Positions 1-9,856 of a stretch of DNA of 33,256 nucleotides are shown here, piece by piece. The stretch lies in sequence record SRR20825006_2360. The stretch is one strand, 5' to 3'. The translations under genes were made by a program, and so were the position numbers. The notes beneath the pieces are model-generated. The model made no database searches and had not been told where the DNA came from. It was given only the letters and a program-made list of their open reading frames with translations. Each line of letters opens with the position of its first letter. Positions within the stretch are counted from its first letter, which is position 1.

Positions 1-1
1 A

Positions 2-742
2 GGCCGTATGACGGTTTGTAATATGAGTATCGAAATGGGTGCGCGAGGCGGAATGATCGCTCCAGACCAGACTACTTTTGACTACGTTCAAGGGCGTGAG
101 TTCGCTCCGGAAAGTGCAGAATGGGAAGAAAAATTAGCCTACTGGAAAACGCTTCCTACAGATGCTGATGCGGCTTTTGATAAAGAGTACTCGTTTGATG
201 CAGAAGACATCGAGCCAATGGTTACTTACGGTACAAACCCGGGAATGGGAATTAAAGTTACCGGAACCATTCCTGATAAAGAGGATGTAAATCTAGATAA
301 GGCACTCGCTTATATGAACTTTAAAAAGGGAGAAAGCCTTATTGATAAACCTATCAATTATGTATTTATTGGTAGTTGTACCAACTCCCGTATTGAAGAT
401 TTCCGCATAGCGGCAGACTTTGTAAAAGGGAAACAGAAGGCACCTAATGTAAACGCCTGGTTAGTTCCGGGATCGCAGCAAGTTGCTAAGCAACTTATTG
501 AAGAAGGATTAGATAAAGTGTTTACTGAAGCCGGTTTTGCATTGAGACAGCCCGGTTGTTCTGCTTGTTTAGCGATGAACGATGATAAAATTCCGGAAGG
601 TGAATATTGCGTTTCTACTTCAAACCGAAACTTTGAAGGACGCCAAGGACAAGGCGCTCGTACGATTTTAGCGAGTCCGCTTATGGCTGCCGCCACCGCC
701 GTTGCCGGAAAAATTACAGACATTACAAAACAATTAAACTAA
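2..742 (+). CDS. leuC: 3-isopropylmalate dehydratase large subunit (5'-truncated by window edge)
   Basis: Aconitase-family motifs [46 protein letters not shown]; frame is open to the window start; abuts leuD. Confidence 0.97.
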   Translation, partial: GRMTVCNMSIEMGARGGMIAPDQTTFDYVQGREFAPESAEWEEKLAYWKTLPTDADAAFDKEYSFDAEDIEPMVTYGTNPGMGIKVTGTIPDKEDVNLDKALAYMNFKKGESLIDKPINYVFIGSCTNSRIEDFRIAADFVKGKQKAPNVNAWLVPGSQQVAKQLIEEGLDKVFTEAGFALRQPGCSACLAMNDDKIPEGEYCVSTSNRNFEGRQGQGARTILASPLMAAATAVAGKITDITKQLN

Positions 743-1327
743 ATGGAAAAGTTTACAAAACTTACCGATACCGCTGTTCCGTTACCTATTGAAAATATAG
801 ATACTGACCAGATCATACCTGCGCGCTTCCTAAAGTCTACCGACAAAAAAGGCTTTGGCGATAATGTTTTTAGAGATTGGAGATTTAAACAAAACGGTGA
901 AGTAAATGAGGATTTTGTTTTGAACGATCCTACGTACAGCGGTCCTATTTTAGTTGCTGGAGATAACTTTGGTTGCGGTTCTAGTAGAGAACACGCCGCT
1001 TGGGCGATTGCAGGATATGGTTTTAAAGTAGTGATCAGCAGTTTCTTTGCAGATATTTTTAAAGGAAACGCGCTTAATAACGGTATTCTTCCTATTCAGG
1101 TAACTCCGGAATATTTAAAAGAACTTTTAGCACTTGTTGCTGAAAAACCGGAAACCAAACTCACCATCGATCTAGAAAACCAATTATTGAGTACCCCTGC
1201 GGGCGAACTCGAGTTTGAGATCGATCCGTATAAAAAGGTTTGTATGATCAATGGCTATGATGACATTGATTTCTTGATCAGTAAAAAAGATAAAATCGAA
1301 GCTTTTGAGCTTGAACGCAGCTTCTAA
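743..1327 (+). CDS. leuD: 3-isopropylmalate dehydratase small subunit
   Basis: [13 protein letters not shown] and [14 protein letters not shown] motifs; starts right after the leuC stop. Confidence 0.97.
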   Translation: MEKFTKLTDTAVPLPIENIDTDQIIPARFLKSTDKKGFGDNVFRDWRFKQNGEVNEDFVLNDPTYSGPILVAGDNFGCGSSREHAAWAIAGYGFKVVISSFFADIFKGNALNNGILPIQVTPEYLKELLALVAEKPETKLTIDLENQLLSTPAGELEFEIDPYKKVCMINGYDDIDFLISKKDKIEAFELERSF

Positions 1328-1351
1328 CTAATAAACGATAAAGTAGCACTT

Positions 1352-2467
1352 ATGAAATTTGATATAGCACTTTTAGCAGGAGACGGTATTGGCCCTGAGG
1401 TCACTGAGCAAGCCGTGAAGGCGCTTGATGCGATCGCAGACGTTTACAATCATACATTTAAATTTAACAAGGCGCTGGTAGGTGCCTGCGCTATTGACGA
1501 GACGGGAGACCCGCTTCCTGAAGATACGATCAAATTGTGTCAGGAAAGCGACGCGGTACTTTTTGGTGCCATTGGTCATCCTAAATACGACAATGATCCT
1601 TCAGCAAAAGTTAGACCTGAACAAGGTTTATTAAAGCTGCGTAAGTCGCTTGGTCTATTCTGTAACATCAGACCGGTAAAAGCTTACGAGCGCTTGATCG
1701 AAAATTCTCCGTTGAAAAAAGAGATCATCAGCGGGACTGATATTTCTATCTATCGCGAACTTACCGGTGGAATTTACTTTGGGTCAAAAGAATTAAGCGA
1801 AGACGGACAAGTAGCAAGCGATGGTTGCTCGTATTCTGTAGAAGAAATCACGCGTATTGCGCACCTAGCTTTTAAAGAAGCACAAAACCGAAGAAAAAGA
1901 TTGACGCTTGTAGATAAGGCAAACGTATTAGAAACTTCGCGTTTATGGCGTAAAACCGTTACCGAGATCGCTAAAGAATATGATGATGTAGAACTCGACT
2001 TTTTGTTTGTGGATAATGCAGCAATGCAAATGATCTTAAACCCAAGTCAGTTTGATGTGATCTTAACCGAAAACCTTTTTGGAGATATCATTTCTGATGA
2101 AGCATCGGTAATTGGTGGTTCTATCGGGCTATTGGCTTCTGCATCTATCGGAAGCACTGTAGGAATGTTTGAACCTATTCACGGTTCATTCCCTCAGGCT
2201 ACCGGTAAAAATATTGCTAACCCTTTGGCTTCTATTCTTTCTGCAGCAATGATGTTACGCCATTTGGATCTGCAAAAAGAAGCAGATGCTATAGAAAAAG
2301 CGGTAGAAAAGTCATTAGAATTAGGGATCACTACTGGCGATATCAATCCTAAAAAGTCATACAGCACGACCAAAGTGGGTGACTTTATCGCTGACTACAT
2401 CACACATCCCGAAGATTCTAATCGTAATTTTAGAAATATTCACGCGGGACAGAGCACGATTATCTAG
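1352..2467 (+). CDS. leuB: 3-isopropylmalate dehydrogenase
   Basis: GDGIGPEV, RPEQGLLKLRK, VDKANVLETSRLWR, NLFGDIISDEAS, EPIHGS motifs; follows leuCD. Confidence 0.97.
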   Translation: MKFDIALLAGDGIGPEVTEQAVKALDAIADVYNHTFKFNKALVGACAIDETGDPLPEDTIKLCQESDAVLFGAIGHPKYDNDPSAKVRPEQGLLKLRKSLGLFCNIRPVKAYERLIENSPLKKEIISGTDISIYRELTGGIYFGSKELSEDGQVASDGCSYSVEEITRIAHLAFKEAQNRRKRLTLVDKANVLETSRLWRKTVTEIAKEYDDVELDFLFVDNAAMQMILNPSQFDVILTENLFGDIISDEASVIGGSIGLLASASIGSTVGMFEPIHGSFPQATGKNIANPLASILSAAMMLRHLDLQKEADAIEKAVEKSLELGITTGDINPKKSYSTTKVGDFIADYITHPEDSNRNFRNIHAGQSTII

Positions 2468-2470
2468 GGA

Positions 2471-2519
2471 TAGATTTTAGGTAGAAGACATTAGATTATA
2501 GATCTGAGATTTTAGAATA
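2471..2519 (+). repeat. Degenerate heptamer tandem repeat, 7 units (consensus TAGATTT)
   Basis: TAGATTT TAGGTAG AAGACAT TAGATTA TAGATCT GAGATTT TAGAATA; AG invariant at positions 2-3 of each unit. Confidence 0.75.
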
Positions 2520-2648
2520 TATCTTACCACGGCGAACCCTATGTGTTTAGTGGGAAACAGATTTTTATTATCTACCTAAACCTTAGTAATTTTATACCCT
2601 TTGGCGGTGCCAATAAAAAAGCGACCTTTTGGGTCGCTTTTTTATTGG
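2520..2648 (+). repeat. Copy A of a ~125-bp dispersed intergenic repeat (degenerate), ending in a terminator hairpin
   Basis: Aligns by eye with the reverse complement of 29676-29797; best block ACCCTTTGGCGGTGCCAATAAAAAAGCGACCTTTTGGGTCGCTTT. Confidence 0.7.
2610..2648. terminator. Bidirectional intrinsic terminator between convergent leuB and SRPBCC gene
   Basis: Perfect 17-bp inverted repeat CCAATAAAAAAGCGACC-TTTTG-GGTCGCTTTTTTATTGG with A and T tracts. Confidence 0.85.
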
Positions 2649-2663
2649 TTCAGTGTCAGATTC

Positions 2664-3191
2664 CTAATTATCCTCGAGAATTTCCTTGAGATTTTTGAGT
2701 CCGGCTTCAAAGTCTTTGCCTACCATTTTATCCATACTCATAAAATGCGTCATCACTGTAAAGGGAAACTTATTCTTTCCGCTAAAACCCCAAGCAACGT
2801 TAGTGATCCCAGGATTAGGTGTACTTACCGCTAACCATGCATCGCTGGTACTTTTCATAGGTTTAATAAAGCGCAACTGACTTTCTATACGTTTACCGGG
2901 AATGATCCCTGTAATCTCTTGTTCGCCACTTCCTACTTCTTTATTTCCATCCCATTTAGAAACAAAGCCTACGGTACCATCTACCCCTTCATAGACTTTC
3001 TTCATATCTGGATCCTTTCGGCTCCAAGGAGACCAATGATCTTGATTTTTTAAGTACTTTAAATACTCAAAAACTTTATCTGCTGGTTTTTGAATGTTGA
3101 TATCACGCTTTACTACGTATTGCTTTTTGGCTGTCAAATGCAGAATAGCGATTAAAACTAAAATTCCGATGAGGATATAGACGAATAACAT
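2664..3191 (-). CDS. SRPBCC (START-like/polyketide cyclase) family protein with N-terminal membrane anchor
   Basis: Hydrophobic N-terminus; V.RDINI.KP..KVF.YL, WSPW...DP, W.GN.EVGSGEQ, MDKMVGKDFE.GL.NLK..LE pattern. Confidence 0.8.
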   Translation of the reverse strand: MLFVYILIGILVLIAILHLTAKKQYVVKRDINIQKPADKVFEYLKYLKNQDHWSPWSRKDPDMKKVYEGVDGTVGFVSKWDGNKEVGSGEQEITGIIPGKRIESQLRFIKPMKSTSDAWLAVSTPNPGITNVAWGFSGKNKFPFTVMTHFMSMDKMVGKDFEAGLKNLKEILEDN

Positions 3192-3305
3192 ATCAGGTTG
3201 TTTGAGGTTGCTACAGACTAAAGTAGAAAAATTTTAAATGTAATTCTCAAACTTTTATAAACAACCACTTCCAAAACCATATTTTGTGTCTTAATTGATT
3301 TCAAT

Positions 3306-3340
3306 AAAAAACCGCCCGGGACATCACCACCGGGCGGTTT
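3306..3340 (-). terminator. Intrinsic terminator downstream of the RND efflux operon
   Basis: AAACCGCCCGG/CCGGGCGGTTT 11-bp stem, 10-nt loop, U-tract on the minus strand. Confidence 0.8.
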
Positions 3341-3402
3341 CTAGTTTGCATGCTTCCGATATCAAAAGAAGCGATGCAAACAACCTCAACACTAACTAAA
3401 AA

Positions 3403-4854
3403 CTAGTTCCAGCCGCCACCTAGCGCCTGGTACATATGCACATAGGCATTCATTTGAGCCATTTTAGTTTCCACTAAATCAAAATTAGATTCTAACGCAT
3501 CGCGCTGCGTCATTAAAACTTCCATATAATCAGCTCTTGCCGAAGAGAACAACTGCCCTGAAATATTCACCGAACGATTTAATGCATCTACTTCTTGCGA
3601 CTTCAGCGCAAAACTCTGTTCTAAATTATCAACCTTCGCTAGTTGGTTAGCCACTTCTATATACGCATTCAACACGGTTTGCTCATAATCATAAACCGCC
3701 TGAATTTGTTTTGCATTAGCACCTGCGTACGCTGCTTTGATCTCGTTTCTATTGATCAAAGGCGCTGTCAACTCTCCGGCAATCGAGTACAATAAAGACT
3801 CCGGAGTGTCTAGCAAATACTTGGGGTTGAACGCTTCAAAACCTACTCCGGCTGAAATGCCTAGCGAAGGATAAAAACGTGCTTTTGCCACTTTTACATT
3901 AAGCTTAGCCGCTTCAAGCGCTAATTCGGCTTGCTTGATATCGGTACGATTCTCTAAGAGTTGCGCGGGGACTCCAGACTGAATAACCGCAGGCTTCATT
4001 GCCATCAGATCTTCAGAACTACGAGCAACGTGCTGCGGAAAGCGACCCACCAGAAAATTGATTCGGTTTTGAGCTTCTACAATGCGTTGCTGAATATCAA
4101 ACTGCAAACTTTTAGTGTGCAATACTTCTGCTTCAAATTTACTCACCGCAAGCCCCGTGGCACGTGCAGCTTCTTTTTGAAGTCGCACGATTCGATATGC
4201 ATTATTCTGAATCTCAATATTTCGGTTTAAAATTTCTAACTGATTATCGAGTGCCAAAAGTTCGTAGTAGTTTTCAGCGATCTCGCCTACCAACTGTGTA
4301 ACCATAAAATTTCGACCTTCTACGCTCGACAAATAATTAAATACGGCTGCTTTTTTTGCGTTGCGTAGTTTCTTCCAGATATCCAATTCCCAAGTTGCTT
4401 TGAGTCCGAAATCATAATTAGGCAAAGGCTCCGGGAATTCTTCTCCCGGTCGTATATCTGTGTTGGCATCATTAGCTCCCTGACTTGTATATCTACCAAC
4501 TTTTTCAGTTTCGGCACCAGCACCAAAGCCTACAAAGGGTAAATACTCACCTTTTTTTGCTTTGATCTCTGCTTTTGAAATCGCAATTTCTTGTAGCATA
4601 ATATTCAACTCCTGATTGTTTGCCAGAGCAGAATCTATAAGCACAGTTAAATAAGGATCTGTAAAATACTGCTTCCAGTGTATCAAAGCTGTGTTGGTCG
4701 TATCAGTCACCGCATAATTGGTATAGCTTTGTGGGAGGTCTTTTAAATCGACCTCCCGCTCTGCTAAACCTGGTGCTTTACAGGCAGAAAATGCCAGTAT
4801 CAACAGCACCATTACGGTATATAAAAATTGCGTTTTATTTATCTTCTTGATCAT
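3403..4854 (-). CDS. TolC/OprM (NodT-type) outer-membrane efflux lipoprotein
   Basis: Lipobox-like LILAFSAC; WELDIW.KLR, PAQLLENR.DIKQAE, RFYPSL, YQALGGGW; overlaps the permease 3' end by 20 nt. Confidence 0.92.
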   Translation of the reverse strand: MIKKINKTQFLYTVMVLLILAFSACKAPGLAEREVDLKDLPQSYTNYAVTDTTNTALIHWKQYFTDPYLTVLIDSALANNQELNIMLQEIAISKAEIKAKKGEYLPFVGFGAGAETEKVGRYTSQGANDANTDIRPGEEFPEPLPNYDFGLKATWELDIWKKLRNAKKAAVFNYLSSVEGRNFMVTQLVGEIAENYYELLALDNQLEILNRNIEIQNNAYRIVRLQKEAARATGLAVSKFEAEVLHTKSLQFDIQQRIVEAQNRINFLVGRFPQHVARSSEDLMAMKPAVIQSGVPAQLLENRTDIKQAELALEAAKLNVKVAKARFYPSLGISAGVGFEAFNPKYLLDTPESLLYSIAGELTAPLINRNEIKAAYAGANAKQIQAVYDYEQTVLNAYIEVANQLAKVDNLEQSFALKSQEVDALNRSVNISGQLFSSARADYMEVLMTQRDALESNFDLVETKMAQMNAYVHMYQALGGGWN

Positions 4855-7800
4855 CTTCTTCTGAATTTGAAAAACTATCTATTTCGTGTACAAAGCCTTC
4901 GGTTAAAGAACCGTCTTCTTCGTCTCTAATTAATTTTCTTCCGTCTGCGAGAGAGCCAAAAATGAAGTACAATCCGGGTACGATAATCACCCCGAAAATG
5001 GTACCGAATAACATTCCGCCTAATGCCGAAGCACCAATCGTATGGTTACCAATCGCTCCTGCTCCTGAGGCCAATAACAACGGAATTAAACCGGCGATAA
5101 AGGCAAACGAAGTCATTAAAATAGGTCTGAAACGTACCTTTGCACCTTCTATCGCAGCATCGAGTATCGTGGCGCCCTGAGAGCGTTTTAATACCGCAAA
5201 TTCTACAATAAGCACAGCGTTTTTACCCAGAAGACCTACTAACATTATGAGACCAATTTGGGCATAAATGTCATTCTGTAGTCCCATCATTTTAAGCACC
5301 ATAAATGATCCAAATACCCCAACCGGAAGCGAGAACACTACCGATAACGGAATGATAAAAGATTCGTACTGTGCAGCTAAAACAAAGTACACAAAGACTA
5401 ATACAATCAAGAAAATATAAACAGACTCATTACCGCGGTTAGCCTCGTCATAAGAAAGACCTTCCCAGCCAATGTCATATCCTTTGGGTAAGGTTGTCGC
5501 TGCTACTTCACGAATTGCTTCAATCGCGTCTGCTGTGGTATATCCGGGAGCCGGAAGACCACGTATCGCGGCAGAATTGTACATATTGAAACGCGTTACC
5601 TCGTTAGGGCCCTGTGTTTTTTTCAAGGTCATAAATGCCGAATACGGAACCATTTCGCCATCCTCATTCTTCACAAACATATTGAGCACATCTGAAGGCA
5701 ATCTTCTGAATTTAGGATCAGACTGCACATACACTTTGAAGAAACGACCAAACTTAATAAAACCTTGCTCGTAGGTACTACCTATCATAATGTTCAGGTT
5801 TTCCATAGCTTTCCCAATAGAAACACCTTTTTGCATAGCAAGATCATTATTGAATTCGAGTTCATATTGCGGATAATTTGCCGCAAAGAAGGTAAATACA
5901 CCGGTGAGTTCTTTACGCTCTTTTAAATGATCTACAAACTCTTGGTTCACCTTATCAAAATCTTGATAATCGGTCTCCGTATTTTCATCTAGCAAACGCA
6001 TTGAGAAACCACCAGAAGAGCCAAAACCAGGGATGGCAGGCGGTTCAAAGAATTCAATTACGGCACCTAGCCCTTTTGATTTCTCCTCAAGCTCTTCCAT
6101 AATTTCGGTAACATCGTGCTCACGCTCAGACCAAGGTTTTAAGTTAATCAAACACGTACCTGCGTTAGAACCACGACCTTCGGTCATAATCTCATAACCT
6201 GCAAGCGAAGAAACCGACTCAATCCCGTCAACTTCTTCAGCTATTTTCTGAAGTTCAAGTGAAACTTTATTGGTTCGCTCTAAGGTCGCTCCAGGAGGTG
6301 TTTGAATGATCGCATAGATCGTACCTTGATCCTCACTAGGAATAAACCCTGACGGAAGCACTTGACTTTCTAAGAAAATACCAATACAGAAAGCAATCAA
6401 AATTCCGAAGGTTAGCCATCTTCTGCTCACGATACGCTTCAGTACTGCAACGTATTTACCGGTGAGTTTATCAAAACCACTGTTGAATTTATCCAGCGCA
6501 CGCGTAAAGAGATTACGCTTCTTCTCTTTTCCGTGGTTATTCTTTAACAGCATTGCACACAATACCGGCGTCAGCGTCAACGCGATCAATGCTGAAATCA
6601 CAATGGAACTCGCCATAGTAATCGAGAACTGTCTATAGAAGGTTCCTACGGGACCAGACATAAATGATATAGGTAAGAATACCGAAACCATTACACCGGT
6701 AATCGCTATAATCGCTCCGCTTATTTCACCCAAAACTTGTTTAACGGCGAGATACGGCGATTTATGCGGATGCTCTTCAAACTTGGCATGCACCGCCTCG
6801 ACGACAACAATCGCATCATCCACCACAATACCAATAGCCAGTACGAGCGCAAACAGCGTTACCATATTTATCGAAATCCCAAAAAACTGAATGACGAAGA
6901 ACGCCCCAATTAAAGAGACCGGCACTGCGATGATAGGGATTAACGTGGAGCGCCAGTCTCCTAAGAATATAAATACTACTAGTGCTACTAAAATAAAGGC
7001 ATCACGTAAGGTGTCTATTACCTGTTCAATAGAAGAATCTAAGAATTTAGAAACATCATAACTGATTTTATAATCCATTCCCGGAGGGAAATCAGCGCGC
7101 ATTTCTTCAAGTTTCTCTTTTACTTCATCAATAACGTCACTGGCGTTACTTCCGTAGTTTTGCTTCAATACGATCGCCGCAGAAGGATGACCATCTAAGT
7201 TGGAGTAGATATCAAAGAATTCACTTCCTAACTCTACTTTACCAATATCTTTCAGGCGAATGCTTTCCCCTTCAGAATTGGCTCTAATAATGATATTCTC
7301 ATATTGCTCAGGCTCGTTGTACCGGCCTTTATACGTCAACACATATTCTAGAGACTGCGCCTCTATACCAGAACTTCGTCCCAAGCGTCCGGGACGTCCC
7401 ACGATACTTTGCTCTTGCATCGCTTCCATCACTTCATCTACTGAGACGTCATACGCACGCATACGATCTGGATTTAACCAAACACGCATCGCGTATCTAC
7501 GACTTCCTAAAATTTGAGATCGTGCAACCCCTTTTAGACGGTTGATCTCAGGAATCATTTTTACGTTAGCATAGTTGTACAGAAATTTTTCATCCATACT
7601 TTTTTCCTTAGAATACAGGTTCACATACATCAACATACTAGGCTGTATGGGTGTAATCACCACCCCTTCTCGCTGAACCAATTCGGGCAAGAGGGGCATC
7701 ACCTGGTCAACCCTGGTCTTGACCCTCACCACAGCTTGGTTAGGATCTGTACCGGGTTCAAAAATGATTCTAAGCGTGGCTTCCCCTGCACTGGTAGCAT

Positions 7801-8041
7801 CGGTAGCCATATAACGCATTCCTTGAACCCCGTTAATCGAATTCTCTAAGGTTACTAAGGTTGATTTTACTAATACATCTGCACTCGCACCGGGATACGC
7901 GATAAAAATATTTACCGTTGTAGGCGCGATTTGCGGGAACTGTGATATAGGCAGCTGCTTGATCGCGAGCGAACCTATAAACACGATAATAATCGAAATT
8001 ACTATCGCAAATACGGGTCTGTGAATAAATCTACTAAACAT
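4835..8041 (-). CDS. RND efflux permease (AcrB/HAE1-like)
   Basis: 1068 aa; FIHRPVFAIV, LPISQFPQIAP, AMRVWLNPD, AIGIVVDDAIVVVE, GLLGKNAVLIVEF, RFRPILMTS. Confidence 0.95.
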   Translation of the reverse strand: MFSRFIHRPVFAIVISIIIVFIGSLAIKQLPISQFPQIAPTTVNIFIAYPGASADVLVKSTLVTLENSINGVQGMRYMATDATSAGEATLRIIFEPGTDPNQAVVRVKTRVDQVMPLLPELVQREGVVITPIQPSMLMYVNLYSKEKSMDEKFLYNYANVKMIPEINRLKGVARSQILGSRRYAMRVWLNPDRMRAYDVSVDEVMEAMQEQSIVGRPGRLGRSSGIEAQSLEYVLTYKGRYNEPEQYENIIIRANSEGESIRLKDIGKVELGSEFFDIYSNLDGHPSAAIVLKQNYGSNASDVIDEVKEKLEEMRADFPPGMDYKISYDVSKFLDSSIEQVIDTLRDAFILVALVVFIFLGDWRSTLIPIIAVPVSLIGAFFVIQFFGISINMVTLFALVLAIGIVVDDAIVVVEAVHAKFEEHPHKSPYLAVKQVLGEISGAIIAITGVMVSVFLPISFMSGPVGTFYRQFSITMASSIVISALIALTLTPVLCAMLLKNNHGKEKKRNLFTRALDKFNSGFDKLTGKYVAVLKRIVSRRWLTFGILIAFCIGIFLESQVLPSGFIPSEDQGTIYAIIQTPPGATLERTNKVSLELQKIAEEVDGIESVSSLAGYEIMTEGRGSNAGTCLINLKPWSEREHDVTEIMEELEEKSKGLGAVIEFFEPPAIPGFGSSGGFSMRLLDENTETDYQDFDKVNQEFVDHLKERKELTGVFTFFAANYPQYELEFNNDLAMQKGVSIGKAMENLNIMIGSTYEQGFIKFGRFFKVYVQSDPKFRRLPSDVLNMFVKNEDGEMVPYSAFMTLKKTQGPNEVTRFNMYNSAAIRGLPAPGYTTADAIEAIREVAATTLPKGYDIGWEGLSYDEANRGNESVYIFLIVLVFVYFVLAAQYESFIIPLSVVFSLPVGVFGSFMVLKMMGLQNDIYAQIGLIMLVGLLGKNAVLIVEFAVLKRSQGATILDAAIEGAKVRFRPILMTSFAFIAGLIPLLLASGAGAIGNHTIGASALGGMLFGTIFGVIIVPGLYFIFGSLADGRKLIRDEEDGSLTEGFVHEIDSFSNSEEDDQEDK

Positions 8042-8065
8042 TATTTTCTTTTTTAGAAGAAGTGC

Positions 8066-9148
8066 TTATTCAGCGTAAAGAGCTAATTCAGCCATCGCTT
8101 CACTAGGTTCTTCTACTTCATATTCTACTTTATCATTCTCTCTTACCAATCTCAATCCTTCAAGAAGAATTTTATCATCGGTGCTCAGACCATCGCTCAC
8201 AGCATACAAGTGCGGCATTTCTTCTGCGATAGTAATTTGTCTAGAGTGAACGACGCCTTCATCATCAATCACGTAGCAGTACTTCTTGTCTAGGACTTCA
8301 AAAGTTGCTTTCTGTGGAATTAAAAGCGCATTTTCTAAAGGAATAGTAACATGTACATTACCGGTTTCTCCGTGACGTAGTAGCGCGTCAGGGTTAGGAA
8401 AAGTAGCTCTAAAAGGAATATTACCCGTTTCGTTATTAAAGTCGGCTTCAATGGTTTCTACAATACCTTTGTGACCAAAGTATTTGTTGTTTGCCATAAG
8501 CAATTCAACTTCTGGTTTTGTAGCATCTTTCAGCGCAGCTTTATAATCAAGGTATTCCGCTTCAGGAACATTATAGTACACCCACATTATGTTGTTATCT
8601 GAAAGATTGGTGAGTAATTCGCCCTCATCTACGAGACTACCTAAGCGCACGTGGAAACGGTCAACGATCCCGTCAAATGGTGCTCGTATCTGAGTAAATT
8701 CAAGATGTACTTGGGATAGCGCAAGCTCTGCATTGGCCTTTTCTAACTTGGCTTTAGCCATAGCCAGTTCGTTAGGCGCAACCACATTGCTATCGGCGAG
8801 TTTTTTAGTGTTTTGGTATTCAATATTGGCAAATTGTGCTTCGGCTTTTGCCTTTTGCATTTCTGCTTCATAGAGCTTCGGCATAATTTGAAAAAGAAGC
8901 TGTCCTTTTTTTACGGCTTGACCTTCGTCAACAAATATTTTCTGAAGATACCCGCGCTCCTGAGCACGTAATTCAATATGACGACTTGAGTGAATCTGGG
9001 CAACGTAATCCTTTGTAATTACGGTATCCTTACGCATAGGATTAGTAACATAAAAGGTAGTTTCTTCTTCCTTTTCGTGGTGTTCTGACTTGCAGCTTAC
9101 GTGGAACAACATAGTCCCCAAGCCCAACATCATGAGAATCTTTTTCAT
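8066..9148 (-). CDS. RND periplasmic adaptor (membrane fusion protein), lipoprotein
   Basis: Signal peptide with Cys (HVSC); VDEGQAVKKGQLLFQI, TQIRAPFDG, FRATFPNPD.LLRHG; directly upstream of the permease. Confidence 0.93.
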   Translation of the reverse strand: MKKILMMLGLGTMLFHVSCKSEHHEKEEETTFYVTNPMRKDTVITKDYVAQIHSSRHIELRAQERGYLQKIFVDEGQAVKKGQLLFQIMPKLYEAEMQKAKAEAQFANIEYQNTKKLADSNVVAPNELAMAKAKLEKANAELALSQVHLEFTQIRAPFDGIVDRFHVRLGSLVDEGELLTNLSDNNIMWVYYNVPEAEYLDYKAALKDATKPEVELLMANNKYFGHKGIVETIEADFNNETGNIPFRATFPNPDALLRHGETGNVHVTIPLENALLIPQKATFEVLDKKYCYVIDDEGVVHSRQITIAEEMPHLYAVSDGLSTDDKILLEGLRLVRENDKVEYEVEEPSEAMAELALYAE

Positions 9149-9300
9149 GTGATGTGAATTTTACTTTAAAAAATTAAATGGATTTAAAAGCTTTTCCCGA
9201 ACGGAAAAAACATAGGAATGTCCCGGCTTCTTGGCTAAGTGTGAGGCACCAAAAAACTGAAACAGGTTTAGCCCAAACAAGGTGGGCTTAAAAGTTTAAA

Positions 9301-9672
9301 TCAAAGTCTAAATACCTGGAATAAAAGGTATGGCTTTACTGAAGCGCTTAAAGAAGAACGCGCTTTAGTTTTTAAATGTTTGTATTTAAAGTAAAAACAT
9401 CTAGGAACTGATGTCTGTGTAGCGAGGGTTGCGGTTGCAAGGCTTTGGCTTGCTTTAGAAATTGAACGATCGCTTTCTTCAATTTCAAATTCTGCGATTC
9501 TTAATTCTAAGTTTTGACTGTGAACCACGTCAAAATGTGGTTGATTCAAGTCATTGATGAAGGTTTCTTCAAAAGCATTGGATTGCATTGCCGAATCAGC
9601 CGGCAGGTAAGAACTACCTGAAAGCTGCACAAAGCCAGCAAGGAATACAATAAATGAAAAAAGAAACTTCAT
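9301..9672 (-). CDS. Small hypothetical protein with signal peptide, first gene of the RND unit
   Basis: 123-aa ORF, MKFLFSFIVFLAGFVQLS N-terminus, C-terminus PYLLFQVFRL; starts 23 nt downstream of a consensus promoter. Confidence 0.65.
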   Translation of the reverse strand: MKFLFSFIVFLAGFVQLSGSSYLPADSAMQSNAFEETFINDLNQPHFDVVHSQNLELRIAEFEIEESDRSISKASQSLATATLATQTSVPRCFYFKYKHLKTKARSSLSASVKPYLLFQVFRL

Positions 9673-9695
9673 AAGTCCTTTGAATTAAGACGAGA

Positions 9696-9728
9696 CAAAA
9701 TTAACAGAAGACTTAGCAAACCACCAAA
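9696..9728 (-). promoter_or_regulatory. Bacteroidota housekeeping sigma promoter (-33/-7) for small ORF + RND operon
   Basis: Minus strand TTTG (9725-9728), 21-nt spacer, TAATTTTG (9696-9703); exact match to TTTG-N19-21-TAnnTTTG. Confidence 0.7.
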
Positions 9729-9797
9729 AATTGTAAACGAAAAGTTTTAAGAAAAATCATTTTCTTAGCATTTAATCAAAACTTAAAGTGATCTCAT

Positions 9798-9835
9798 AAA
9801 AAAAGTGGCATAAAAATAACTTTATGCCACTTTTT
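9798..9835 (-). terminator. Intrinsic terminator of the arg operon
   Basis: AAAAAGTGGCATAAA-AATAAC-TTTATGCCACTTTTT, about 20 nt after the argH stop. Confidence 0.85.
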
Positions 9836-9856
9836 AGCTTAAAAGCTTACGCTTTG

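Noticed and set aside
2596-2611. …GGTGCCA / …GGCGCCA before a terminator, resembling a tRNA 3' end or att site
   Set aside because: No T-arm (GTTCGA) or cloverleaf and no integrase; better explained as part of the dispersed repeat.
2471-2648. Possible CRISPR array
   Set aside because: Units are 7 nt with no spacers, and there are no cas genes in the window.
2664-9672. SRPBCC + RND block as a mobile island between leuB and argH
   Set aside because: No integrase, transposase, flanking direct repeats or obvious compositional shift; comparative genomics would be needed.
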